Shown: positions 14,555-27,359 of the stretch, in pieces | How the letters are laid out: every line of letters begins with the position of its first letter | Position numbering within the stretch: the first letter of the stretch is position 1 | DNA from: Octopus vulgaris | Lineage: Eukaryota | Assembly: GCA_951406725.2 (NCBI GenBank) | Contig: OX597817.1 | Coordinates: 84,630,001-84,694,000, forward strand | Direction: 5' to 3' | DNA length: 64,000 nucleotides | Program-made: the position numbers and the translations under genes | The notes under the pieces: model-generated | Told to the model about the DNA's origin: nothing | The model's input: the letters and a program-made list of their open reading frames with translations, nothing else | Database searches by the model: none

Positions 14555-14861
14555 CATATATATACATATATACATATATATACATACATATATACATATA
14601 CATATATATATATACATATATATATACATATACATATATATATACATATATATATATACATATATATATATATACATATATACATATATATATATATACA
14701 TATATATATATACATATATATATATACATATATACATATATATATATATACATACATATATATATATACATATACATATATATATATATACATATATACA
14801 TATATATATACATATATATACATATATATATACATATATATACATATATATATACATATAT

Positions 14862-14892
<31 letters not shown>

Positions 14893-14959
14893 TAAGTATA
14901 CTAAAGGTGGTGCTCCAGCATCGCAGTCATACATATATATACATATACTATATACATAT

Positions 14960-15000
<41 letters not shown>

Positions 15001-15219
15001 TATATATACATATACTATATACATAAGTGCATATATATATATATGTATACAATATACATATATGCATATATTTATATGTGCTATATACATATATGCATAT
15101 ATAATATATATGTACACATACTATATACATATATGTATATATATACACACATACTACATACATATATATACACATATAATATATACATATATGCATATAT
15201 ATATATATATATATATATT

Positions 15220-15419
15220 TTTTCTTTTCTAGTTTCAGCTCAGAGCTGCAGCCATGCTAATGCACCGCTGCTTTGTGCTACACTGTTATTATGACGAACT
15301 TCGTCTAATATGTGGCACTTGGTGAAGAATGGAGTTTGATACAGCTACTCTCATTTGCACCTCTTGCCGTGAGGTAGGTTCATCTGGGACTCTTGACAGG
15401 AAGATGTCCAGCTTTGATT

Positions 15420-15421
<2 letters not shown>
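15220..15421 (-). mobile_element. CR1/L2-like LINE 3' fragment
   Basis: Matches 4505-4697 ([25 protein letters not shown]). Confidence 0.88.
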
Positions 15422-15459
<38 letters not shown>

Positions 15460-15678
15460 CATATATATACATATACTATATACATATATGCATATATATA
15501 TATACATATATGCATATATATATATATACTATATACATATATGCATATATATATACATATATGCATATATGCATATATATATATACATATATGCATATAT
15601 ATATATATATATACATACACATACATACTACATACATATATGCGTATGTATATATACATATATACTCTATAAACGTAT

Positions 15679-15709
<31 letters not shown>

Positions 15710-16243
15710 TACATATATATACTATATATATATGCCTATATACTACATATACACATATAGTATATACAAATATATACGTGCATATACATATTATACATAT
15801 ATATTTATATAATACATATACATATATATATATACATATATATGTGCATATATATTATATATATGTATTTATATGTATATATATAGAGAGAGAGAGTGAG
15901 TATTGATATTACATAATAGTAACCCCCTATATGCATAAATATTTGTTTACATAAAAAAAAAAAACGACAGAATGAGACAATATTGTAAGTAAAAATCTAA
16001 ACCGAAGCTTTATAGAAATTCAATAACACACAAAACTTCTAGTGATTTATCAAATTCTGTTCATTTATTTTATCCTCTGTTGAAATGTAGAGGCTGATCA
16101 CAAAGTATGATTAAATATAAACAATTCTCCACCATGTCTTAACTCATTGAATATAAACAAAAAGATTTAGAAAAAAAAAAAACAAAGGGAAAGAGAGATA
16201 GCAGCAGATAAAGATCAATGAGTTATGTAAGCTATGGTATTAC

Positions 16244-16512
16244 CTAGCTTGAATAAGCTCTGCTGGTACTGTTAGTGTTGTTGAGTTAGTCTTAATGCTA
16301 TTAGAAAGATTAAGATCACTTGATAATGTGCTTAGCGTAATGATGTGAGCAGTTCCATTAGCGACGTGTTGCGAGGCATCTGACAAGTTGTCTGGTGCCA
16401 CAGCTATATTGTCTGTCTCTATTGATTCATGAACATCCAACTCACTCTCATCAGATTCTGAGTCACTATCAAAATCTGATTCCAACTCTGCCTGAGTACT
16501 TGCTTCTTTCAT
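16244..16512 (-). CDS. CTCF: Probable downstream CTCF exon (MKEASTQAELESDFDSDSESDESE...ELIQA)
   Basis: The only other non-repetitive protein-like ORF. Acceptor ttttccttccaatgtttcag|ATG is phase 0 and matches the phase-0 donor at 56920. It ends at AG|GTAATA (donor) or, if read through, at TAA 16240-16242. Linkage to CTCF is inferred from strand and phase. Confidence 0.7.
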
Positions 16513-16899
16513 CTGAAACATTGGAAGGAAAAATGTTATTAAAATCTAAAATTAATACAGAGAAAAGAAAAAGAAATCACTTGAATCAATAAATAGCAAT
16601 TTATTTTATACACACAATTTATCAATATGAAGCATTATAAACTACACTCCTTGTAGTTGGTGAAAACTTTACACCTAATATGCACCATCACTGTCATTGT
16701 TTTAACATCTACTTTTCCATACATGCATGGGTAGATAGAATTCATTGAGGCAGATTTTATAGGACTGGATGCCCTTCCTGGAGTCAACCATCACCTGTTT
16801 CCAGGCAAGGTATTTTTTTCCATGACCAGGCATGTCTTTCATGGATTATTGGAAACAGCATCACTTATGAGTATGATGCTCATTTACAACCATCATGTA

Positions 16900-17090
16900 G
16901 TGTCAAGACAAGGGCATGCACACACACATATATACATGATGTGCTTCTTCACTAGCAAATTCACTCACATGGCTTTGGTCAGATAAGGGCTGTAATCACT
17001 TGTCCAAGGTGCTGCACAGTGGGACTTAACCCAAGACCACATGGCTAAGAAGCAAGCTTCTTAAGCACACAACCACACCTGCACCTATCA
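16900..17090 (-). mobile_element. Degenerate SINE family 1
   Basis: Similar to the reverse complement of 3834-3990. Confidence 0.65.
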
Positions 17091-18029
17091 GACTTAATGT
17101 GTATTTACAGTGTTTTACTAAGGTCATACTTAAAGGGTAACAATAAACAAGGACTCTCCTGTAGTAGACAACACAGGAGGGTCCTGCAATTTCTCGCCAA
17201 ACAACCTGCACAGATGTTTACTTAAAGTGATCCAATGTTTGTGCTGTACATTAGCTCACTCCTTCCATCATAGTGACACATTGCTCATATAGGTGCACGG
17301 TGTGCTAAGTGTCAGACTTCAGTGTGATTGTAGAGCACCATGAAATGAAATGTTTTGCTCTCAAGAACACAATGCATCACCTGGTCCAGGAACGAAATTC
17401 CTGATCTTTCAATAAACATAGTAACCTTTCAATGATTCATCAACTTCTTTTTTATCACACAAAAATTTTACATTTTCTTATCAATTATATTCGATATTAT
17501 AATGTTACCCATCAATATGATGAGTAACTTTGAAAGTATACTGTTGCTATCATCAGAAATATCAAGAAATATAGCATACATACAATATATGTAATTTAAC
17601 TTTTATCAAATTTCCTGGTACTTATGCAAAATTATCAAATGAACACTAATTTGCAAAACAAAAATATCTATTACCTTAAGACAGGCCTAAATAAAACAAA
17701 TTTCTTAAATGTATTGATTATCTTTTACTTGTTTCAATCATTAGATTGCAGCCATGCTGGGGCACTGCCTTGAAGAATTTTAGTCAAACAAATCAACACC
17801 AGTAATTCTTTCTTTAATTTTTTCAAGTCTGGTACTTATTCTATCAGTCTATTTTGCCAAACAACTAAGTTACAAAAATGTAAGCATACCAGCACGTGTT
17901 GTTAAGTGGTGTTGGTGGAAACAAGGACAAATCACACACAAACAATAACTTCTAATATATCCTCGGGCTGACCAAAACCTAGAGGATTTAGTAGACAAAC
18001 TGAAAGAAGCCCATCATACTTATACATAC

Positions 18030-18103
<74 letters not shown>

Positions 18104-18207
18104 GTATAAAAGATGGAGGTGGAAATAGCACAAAAGTAAATCTAAGATGTTTCAGTTTAGAAAGAATTTGATAAAATGATTTTAAAATTATATAATAATA
18201 AATATAG

Positions 18208-18250
18208 AATATTACCAGTTTCGATGACGAATTTCATCTTATCAGATATT
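18208..18250 (-). ncRNA. Decayed minimal hammerhead ribozyme (H5, G8A)
   Basis: Minus strand: AAUAU-CUGAUAA-GAUGA(AAUUCG)UCAUC-GAA-ACUGGU-A/AUAUU. Helices I and II pair perfectly; the core has A in place of G8. Confidence 0.65.
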
Positions 18251-19098
18251 AGTAAAATTTTATAAAATTTAAAGTAAAAAGTTTATCTTCTGTATGGAGG
18301 GTGGGTCAAAAACATGTCTGGAGTTTTTTTGTTTTTTTGATGTCTTTAAATATAGTTTGCTAAGTTCAAGGTGTTAGAGAGAAAAAGAGTTGTCTAATGT
18401 CTGATAGAAATCTTTGTGAGTTCCTGCCAAGGGAGTGGCTTAAAAGAATTTATTGAATGGGTTTTATGTCCACCTGTGTGTGTGTGTGTATTGTGTTGAA
18501 TATCCTTTCAATATGTTTGAAATGTGATCAGCTGTGTATTGCTGGGTGTGTATGTTGTGATGAATGTCTTGTTGAAGAAAGAATTAGGATTTTCCTATGG
18601 TTTTCATGTTTTCTTTTGAGTGCCTCCACCTGTATGTATGTGTGCGTGCATGTGTGTGTGTCTGTGTTTGAACAATGTTTTCTTGTGTGTGTTTTGTGAT
18701 ATTTTCTTGTGAGTGTATGTGTGTGTTTGAGTGCATGCAGACTGTGTCTATGTTTTTTGCTATGTGTATTTGTGCAGCTCAGCATACACATACACACACA
18801 CACACAAGAAAACGTCGCAAAGCAAACATGCACATACACACACAGCTAGTGACACCCAAATGAAAACATCACACACAAACATACACACACACAGAGGTGG
18901 AGACACTCAAAAGAAACATTAACTGTTCATACACTCTGTATTAACATTTAATGTGTTATTTTCAGCATGGTGGTATCTCTTAGATACCCTAAATTATAAT
19001 TTTATATACATATATATATAGATATATACATATATATATATGTTGGAGTGGCTTTGTGGTAAGTAGCTTGCTTATGAACCACATGGTTCCAGGTTCAG

Positions 19099-19143
<45 letters not shown>

Positions 19144-19157
19144 CATATATATAAATA

Positions 19158-19385
19158 TGTGGAGGTGCGTGGCTTAGTGGTTAGGGTGTCAGCACCATGA
19201 TCGTAAGATTGTGGTTTCAATTCCTGGACAGGGCGATGCATTGTGTTCTTGAGCAAAACACTTCATTTCATGTTGCTCCAGTCCACTCAGCTGGCAAAAA
19301 TGAGTAACACTGTGGTGGACTGGTGTCCCGTCCAGCTGGGGAACACACACGCCATAAAAACCGGGAGACCAGGCCCATGAGCCTT
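19158..19385 (+). mobile_element. tRNA-derived SINE (family 3)
   Basis: tggcttagtgg ... ggtttcaattcc ... tgtgttcttgagcaaaacactt. An inverted degenerate copy lies at about 54080-54330. Confidence 0.75.
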
Positions 19386-19560
19386 GGCGGTAAAAAGCAC
19401 CCACTACACTCACGGAGTGGTTGGCGTTAGGAAGGGCATCCAGCCGTAGAAACACTGCCAGATTTGACTGGGCCTGATGAAGCCTTCTGGCTTCACAGAT
19501 ACCAGATACGTCCAACCCATGCTAGCATGGAAAACGGACGCTAAATGATGATGATGATGA

Positions 19561-19563
<3 letters not shown>
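19386..19563 (+). mobile_element. RTE LINE 3' end
   Basis: Nearly identical to 33140-33318, with (GAT)n running into (TA)n. Confidence 0.88.
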
Positions 19564-19611
<48 letters not shown>

Positions 19612-19718
19612 CATATACATACATACATGTATATATATATACATACATATACATACATATAAATATATATATATACATACATATACAAATATATATATAC
19701 ATATATATATATACATAC

Positions 19719-19789
<71 letters not shown>

Positions 19790-19971
19790 CATACATATAT
19801 ATACATACATATACATACATATATATACATACATATACATATATACATACATATACATATATACATACATATACATATATATATATACATACATATACAT
19901 ATATATATATACATACATACATATATATATATATACATACATACATATATATATATATACATACATATACA

Positions 19972-20009
<38 letters not shown>

Positions 20010-20010
20010 C

Positions 20011-20043
<33 letters not shown>

Positions 20044-20223
20044 CATACATATACATACATACATATACATATATACATATATATATATACATACATATAC
20101 ATATATACATATATACATATATATATATACATACATATACACACATATATATATATATACATACATATACACACATATATATATATATAAACATACATAT
20201 ACACACATCATCATCATCATCGT

Positions 20224-20257
<34 letters not shown>

Positions 20258-20296
20258 CATATATATACATACATATATACAAATACATATATATTC

Positions 20297-22500
20297 AAAG
20301 GTGTGCAGACATATAGGCAGAATAGCTGGTGGAGGTTCGTTTTCCATGCGTTCACAGATGAGATTTGAGGCCAGCCAAAGACAGGCATGGTCTGTCACAG
20401 ACTGTACACACAAAAAGATGCAAGGACATCTGTGTTTAAACTCCATTTAATTTTTTAAATGCGATGAAGGCATTTTTGGTGGAATTGTTCTAACAGTTTA
20501 AAATGCATTTCATAACAAGTCCAAGTTTCACAGGAATACAACAGGGATGGTGAGACAAATGATTCATAAAGAGCCAGCTTTGTATTCTTATTTATATGTC
20601 ACTGGCACCAAACACATAACTCCAAGCCACCAAATGCTTTTGCTGCCCTTTGAATTCACAGCTGTATTTCTGTATCAGGATTTCCATCATTTTGAACAGA
20701 GCTTCCAAGGTAGACGAACAAATTGACAATCTCAAGTAACTTTCCCTTAACAAAAATTTTACTAACATTACTTAACAAAAATTTACTAACAGTACCACAC
20801 GCAGGTTGATGCATTACAACTGTTTTTTTTCAAGTCGATGGTCAAGCCAAAATCATCACAAGCTGAGTCAAATGCAGATTCAAGAGACTGCAGACCTGTT
20901 TCAGAATGACTGACAAGATCGCAATCATCAGCATACAAAAGTTCCCTAACAAGTGAAGTAAAAACATTGGTTTTGAATTTCAGTCTGATCAGATTAAAAA
21001 CATTTCCTGTTGTTCGATATTTTATGTAAATACCCTCCTCAGAGTTTTGAAAAGCATGTGACAACACAACAGCAAAGTATATTGCAAAGAGGGTGGGTGC
21101 ATCAAGGTCTCCTTGCTTTACTCCATTTTCCACAGCAAAAGATTCAGAGAGCCTACCACCAAAATTAACTCTAGCTTTCATATCTTGATGCAAAGCCCTG
21201 ATCATGTTTACAAATTTTTCTGGGCAACCTATTTTCCTTAGAATTAGCCACAGAGCATTTCGATTAACAGTATCAAAAAGTAGATCATGAATTTCTGCTG
21301 ATCTTTCTGAGAACCAGTCACTGGATTTATGAGATTTAAATCCCACTCATGAACTTGCAGTCTGAAATACTTTTGTTTTGAAATCTTCCCATAGATTGTT
21401 TGGGTCAAGGTTGATACTTTCTATAGCACTGTGGAATCTTTGCAATTTGCTTGACAATTCATTGCAACATTTAACTTTTTGGTACCTTAGGACCAGACTG
21501 TTGATTTTTAGGCATTATCGAAAAATCTATTTTTCCACACACTAGATGATGGTCAGTCCAGCTCTCTGCCCCTCTCATGACCCGAATGCTAGAAATGTCT
21601 TTCATATCACATTTCCTGATCAGAATATAATCTATGAGATGCCAGTGCTTAGATCTTTGGTGCATCCAGGTGGTTTTACATTTTTCAGCTTAAACAGTGT
21701 TGGTGACAACCAGATTATTCTCAGTACAAAACGTCAAAAGAGCTACTCCATTTTTATTGCATTTTCCAATCCCATGTCAACCTAAAAAAGGCCATGAAAC
21801 ATAGTCCTTTCCAACTCTTGCATTGAAATCTCCCAATATGACCAACTTGTCAGAAATTGGTACTTTCCTCAATAATCATGCTAGATCGTCATAAAACTGT
21901 CCTACAGTTTCATTAGAATGGGACATTGTTGGTGCATAAATAAACTGACAATGGTAAGAAACCTACCTTTTGTCAGTTTAATATGGCATGACTTGATCCA
22001 TTCAGATATACTTCTTGGAAGCTCTGCAATGGAGGATACTAATGTATTCTTGAGAGCAAACCCAACACCAGATTCTCTATGCTGAACCTTAGGTAGGTCT
22101 CTCCAAAAGACAGTAAATCCATAAGTAGGTTCATTTACTTGACCCTCACCAGAGAAACGAGTTTCAGAGAGCACAACTATATCAAGGGAATATTACTTGC
22201 AATAAGTGCAGTATGCCTTTCTGGCTTCTTGTTGAAATTATCATCAAGAAGTGTGTGCACATTCCAACAACCAAAATTCAAAGGATGTTTATTTTTACTT
22301 TTTCTTGAAGATTGTTTGACCACAGTGGCAGGGTGATGTTCCCAAGCCTTTTGCCATTTACTGAATTTGTTTGAGACATTTTAGAGTAAGTTACAGGTGC
22401 ATTTTTAGGTTTCTGCCAACCAACCAATTGAATAATTTTACTAAATTTTGGAGTACAGGAAGTACCTGTGCAGATGAACAATTTTCAATGGGTGTAGCTT
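20297..22500 (-). mobile_element. Decayed RTE LINE of a second, BovB-like family with internal deletions
   Basis: APE motifs LSETRFSGEG, ESGVGFA and HQRSKHWHLIDYIL...WTDHHLV. RT motifs FDTVNR, GCPEKFV, NGVKQG and ELLYADD. Boundaries are approximate. Confidence 0.85.
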
Positions 22501-22874
22501 GCACTGCACTACCCCCACTTATTAGCCCAAGAAGACTTTCACTGGTATGACATGAAAATTGACAAAACCAGGAACTTCCAAGGCCTCAGGTTTTATTTTG
22601 GAGATTTCCTTCGAGGTAGATTACCAACCAAGGTTAAAGAGCTTCTACCTGCCCATGAGGTAAGCTAGTCATTCCAGACACCAAACTGACACTCAGACAT
22701 TCTATAAAGTGATCAAATATCACTCCAGTGACCAACACAGAGTAGCTCATTCATAAAAGATATGTGATTTGCAAATGTAAATAAGAATTATATATAAATA
22801 TTTAAAAAAAGGGAAAGATATGCAATAAATATAGGTATATATCTAAAAGTAAAAATATACATATATATATATAT

Positions 22875-25800
22875 CATGATCATCATCGTTTAACGTCAGT
22901 TTTCCACGCTAGTATGGGTTGGATGGTTTGACCGGGGTCTGGGAAACCAGGAGGCTGCACCAGGCTCCAGTCTGATCTGGCAGCGTTTCTACAGCTGGAT
23001 GCCCTTCCTAACGCCAACCACTCCGTGAGTGTAGTGGGTGTTTTTTACGTGCCACAGACACAGGGGCCAGGGGAAGCTGGCAAAGGCCACAATCAGTTGG
23101 TGCATTTTACGTGCCACCAGCACGATTATCACAACTACAATTTCCATTTAATTTTTATTTTGATGTAGATGTACTTGACTCAATAGGTCTCCTCAAGCAC
23201 AGCAGGTCGCCCTATGATCCATGGTAAGCACAGCAGGCCGTCCTGTGATCCAACATACTTTGGATGGGCTGGGGCTGCTATGTGAAGCTGGTGCAGGAAA
23301 CAACCATGAACTCACGTTATTTGTCAGGTCTTTGCAGTCACAGCATATCTCTAGGGATCTCAGTCTTTTGTCATTGCCTCTGTGAGGCCCAACATTCGAT
23401 GGTCATGCTTCACCACCTCATCCCATGTCTTGTTGGGTCTACCTCTACCCCAGATTCCTTCAACTGTTTGGGAGTGGCACTTCTTCACACATCTCTCCTA
23501 ATCCATCCGCAGTACATGACAATACCAGTGCAAACGTCTCTCTTGCACGCCACATCCAATGCTTCTTATGTCCAGCATTTCTCTCAGGGTGCTTACACTC
23601 TGCCGTGTGAGCACACTGACATTACACATCCAGCAGATCAGGCTAGCTTCATTTCTTTCACACCTACGCATGTCCTCTGCAGTCACAGCTGGCGTGAAGC
23701 ATGATAGTTCGCACACATGCGTCATACAATCTACCTTTCACTCTGAGCGAGAGACCCTTTGTCACCAGTAGAGGTAGAGGATTTCTAAACTTTGCCCAGG
23801 CTATTCTTATTCTAGTGGTGACACTCTCTGAGCATCCACCTCCACTACTAACTTGGTCACCTAGGTAGCAGAAGCTATCAACTACTTCTAGTTTCACCCC
23901 CTGGAGTGTGATGGAATCTGTTTTCTGAGTATCTGTGGTGTCTATTGTTCCTATGCATCTGCCGCACATGAAAGCTATCTTCTTGGTTAATTTTCCTTTG
24001 ATGTTGCTGCACCTCTTATGCGTCCATAGCTTACACTGGGTACATCTTATGGAGTTTCTACCTACACCTTTTCTACAGATCAAGCAGGGTCACCTACCTG
24101 AGGGTGTGTGTGTGATGAGTTCGCCTTCCTACATACTATAACTTTGGTCTTTGCTACATTGACTCTAAGGCCTTTTGATTCTAAACCTAACTTCCACACC
24201 TGAAATTTCTTTTCTAGTTCCGGTAGTGATTCTGCTATGAGGGAAAAGGTCATCAGCATAGAGGAGCTCCCAGGGGCAACCAGTCTTGAATTCCTCTGTT
24301 ATTGCCTATAGGACTATGATGACTAAAAGGGGCCTGGGGGCTGAACCTTGGTGGACCCCTACTTCTACCTAGAATTTTTCACTATACTCATTGCTTATCC
24401 TAACCTTACTAACGGCCTCTACAGCCCTTATTAACCATTCGTTAATCTCCAGTTTCTGCATTGCCCACCAGATAAGGGATCGGGGGACCCTGTCAAAGGC
24501 TTTCTCCAAGTTCACAAAAGCTAAGTATAGGGGTTTATTTTTAGCTAGGTACTTCTGCAGTTGTCAAACCAGGAATATGGCATCAGTGGTGCTTCTACCC
24601 AGCACAAAACCGAACTGCACCTCATCTAAGCAGACTCTCTCCCTAATAAGATGGGCTATGACCCTCTCCGGGACCTTCATCACCTGATCCAGCAGTTTGA
24701 TACCCCTGTAGTTATTTCTATCACCTTTACCCTTTTAGCAGCTGACTATGGTGCTGCTACGCCAGTCATTGGGTATGACTCCATCATGAACTACCAGGTT
24801 TACAATGCGGTAAAACCAGATGTTTTAAGCATCTCAGCAGTGATTCCTGATGGGCCAGGGGCTTTTCCTGGCTTCATACCCTTAATTACTTTATCCATGT
24901 TCAGCAGTCTTTCATAATGGTTTCTCCAAGCCTCTTTGTTTTCAGACACATTAAAAGCAAGTGCACCATCATCGATGCGGATGCATTTCTCTCCTGTGAC
25001 ATCATAATTTTCTCTCACACAGTCTAGCAATCCGAAATACCTCAGTTCTTTGGTCCTCGCGTTGCTGGACATTGGCACACTTCTTCATTTCCGCTTCACC
25101 CTTGGCTATGTATACCTGCCGCCCAGCCTCCCTTTTGGCTACCAGGTACAGTTCCCTGCTACCCTTATCCTTCCAGGATTTCCAGGCCTGTTTCTTTGCT
25201 CTAATGGCTTTGTCTACCGTACTATTCCATCACCACATAACTCTAGGTCTGGGACTTTGTACCATCCACAGACTTGGTCTTGGCACTCAGCAAGCTGTCC
25301 TGTAGGAATTTCCAGCTACCTTCTATGTCCGATGTCTGTAGCTCCTCCTCCCTCTCATCAAACTTTTTGATGAGGATGTCCCTAAATCTCTGACCATGTG
25401 AAGTGTTCTTTAGCTTCCAAATCCTTTTCTGGATTGGTCTGCTTCTTAGTATCCTTCTGGCTTCAAGTCTAAAGTCACTAATGACTAGCCTATGCTGGGA
25501 GGGTACCTTCTTCACCTGTGAGCGTCCCGTTGTCTGGTGATGATGAAATCAATCTGGCTAGCAGAGTCCCCTGATTGATAGGTTATAAGGTGGCTGTCTG
25601 GCTTAAAAGGTTACATGCATCAAAGAACTCCAGTAGCCTAGTTCCCTCATCATTTCAGGTGCCAATACCATGGCTACCATGTACCCCAGTGAAGATACTA
25701 GATTCCCTCCCAACATGCCCATTAAAGTCTCCAGCCACAAAGATGCAGTCATTGCCACTCGTCTTTGAGGTAGCCTGTAGAAGGGTATCATAAAAACGAT

Positions 25801-25944
25801 CCTTCTGATCATTTGTAGCCCCACATGTGGGACATAGGCAGAGATAATTGTAGCTGTGCTGTTCTACAGGACTAGCCTGAGCTTAAGCACTCTATCGCAT
25901 ACCATGACAACCTCTATGCCCTTATCCACCCATTTCTTCGCAAA
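22875..25944 (-). mobile_element. Decayed, near full-length RTE LINE (PHD family)
   Basis: Fragmented ORFs match 29741-32722 (HRLVISDF, PGKAPGPSGITAEML, ICRKGVGRNSIRCTQCKLWTHKRC). 3' UTR and tail at 22875. Confidence 0.9.
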
Positions 25945-27215
25945 TATATCCTATATTCTATTATGGTCCATACTAGACTCAGGACTTCCCTACCGAGGTC
26001 AACGCTCAATCTGCAGGCTTTGCCTGAAGGAGGCACTCCAAATATTAAAGCACAACTCTCCAACACTGCTTAATAAACATAACGAAGCACTAAGCACATG
26101 CAACCACTGCTTTTATCACACATTTAAATTCTATCACAAATCCAAATGCCAGAATGACCATACAGTACATTTCCACAATAATTCTTAGGTAATCCCATTA
26201 ACCTATAAATTTACACTCTAACTCATAATCCCTATCTAGTTTTTCACATATGCAACCATCTGATTATATTCATATTCATATATACGCGTGCACACCCATG
26301 CGCGCGTATATATGTACGAGTGAGGGTATGCATATATGCATGCATGTGGGTATATGTAAACATATGTACACATGCAGGGTATAGATAACTGCATATGCAG
26401 GGACAATGATACACGAGGATTGTATTTGTAACTTATCTGATATATACATGTATATACATCTTCATATAGATATTTTCTCAGACTACTTAACACTGCTATA
26501 TCCTTAATTCTTCATATATTTGCCTCACAATTAGAAGCTACTACTACACATTGGTCTTTCCTCTACCTCTTAACCCCACCCATTCCTCTATCTTTTACAC
26601 TATAATACCTTTCTCTCTCTATCCCCACTCCTACTTTCAAATTATCTCCACTGACTGAGCTATATCTTAATTTTTCTTTTTTCTTTTCTTTATTCCCCTT
26701 ATTCATATCTTCAGGGTTTTTATTCTTTTTTTTTTCTCTTTATTTCATTTCTCTCTTCCTGTTTTCAATTTAACCATACTAATACACTCCCTATTTCTAG
26801 GTCATTTTAAATACAAACTTTGACTCTGCTACACTCTATATAAATTCCCTACTGGGAATGACCAAGCTTAAGAGAATCTTACATTGCTTATAAACTCTAT
26901 ATTTGGATGGTCTCATATTAAACTCAGTTGGACTTTTGGATTTTACTCAAAGGATATTGGAATATTGCATATTATGCCTATAAAACGGATTTACAAATTC
27001 AATACCCATACATATCTTACATCTATTTTCTTTCATCCACCTCACTCTCTATTTGTATCACATCCAAACTAACTATGACTTAATTTTTCCTCTCATACTG
27101 TCTCCGATGAAGGGATATTATTAATTAATATCCTAGAAACAGCTGTAAGACCATCTATATATAAATGCTCTAATATCTATACAGCCTTGGTTTTTTATCT
27201 TATTATGCAAAAAAT
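25945..27215 (+). mobile_element. Penelope-like element 3' fragment (end of the GIY-YIG region, 3' UTR, hammerhead)
   Basis: ILWSILDSGLPY...CRLCLKEALQIL...LLNKHNEALSTCNH matches the typical PLE C-terminal CxLCxxE...LLNxxxE...CxH pattern. Ends in (TA)n just after a hammerhead. Confidence 0.75.
27100..27151 (+). ncRNA. Minimal type I hammerhead ribozyme (H2, U4C)
   Basis: GUCU-CCGAUGA-A-GGGAUAUUA(UUAAU)UAAUAUCCU-A-GAA-ACAGCUGU-A/AGAC. 4-bp helix I, 9-bp helix II, palindromic helix III, GUA site at 27145-27147. Confidence 0.82.
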
Positions 27216-27309
27216 TCTTATATATATGTATATGTATATATATACATGTGTATATATGTATATATATATACATATACACATATACATACATATACATACA
27301 CATACATAT

Positions 27310-27356
<47 letters not shown>

Positions 27357-27359
27357 CAT

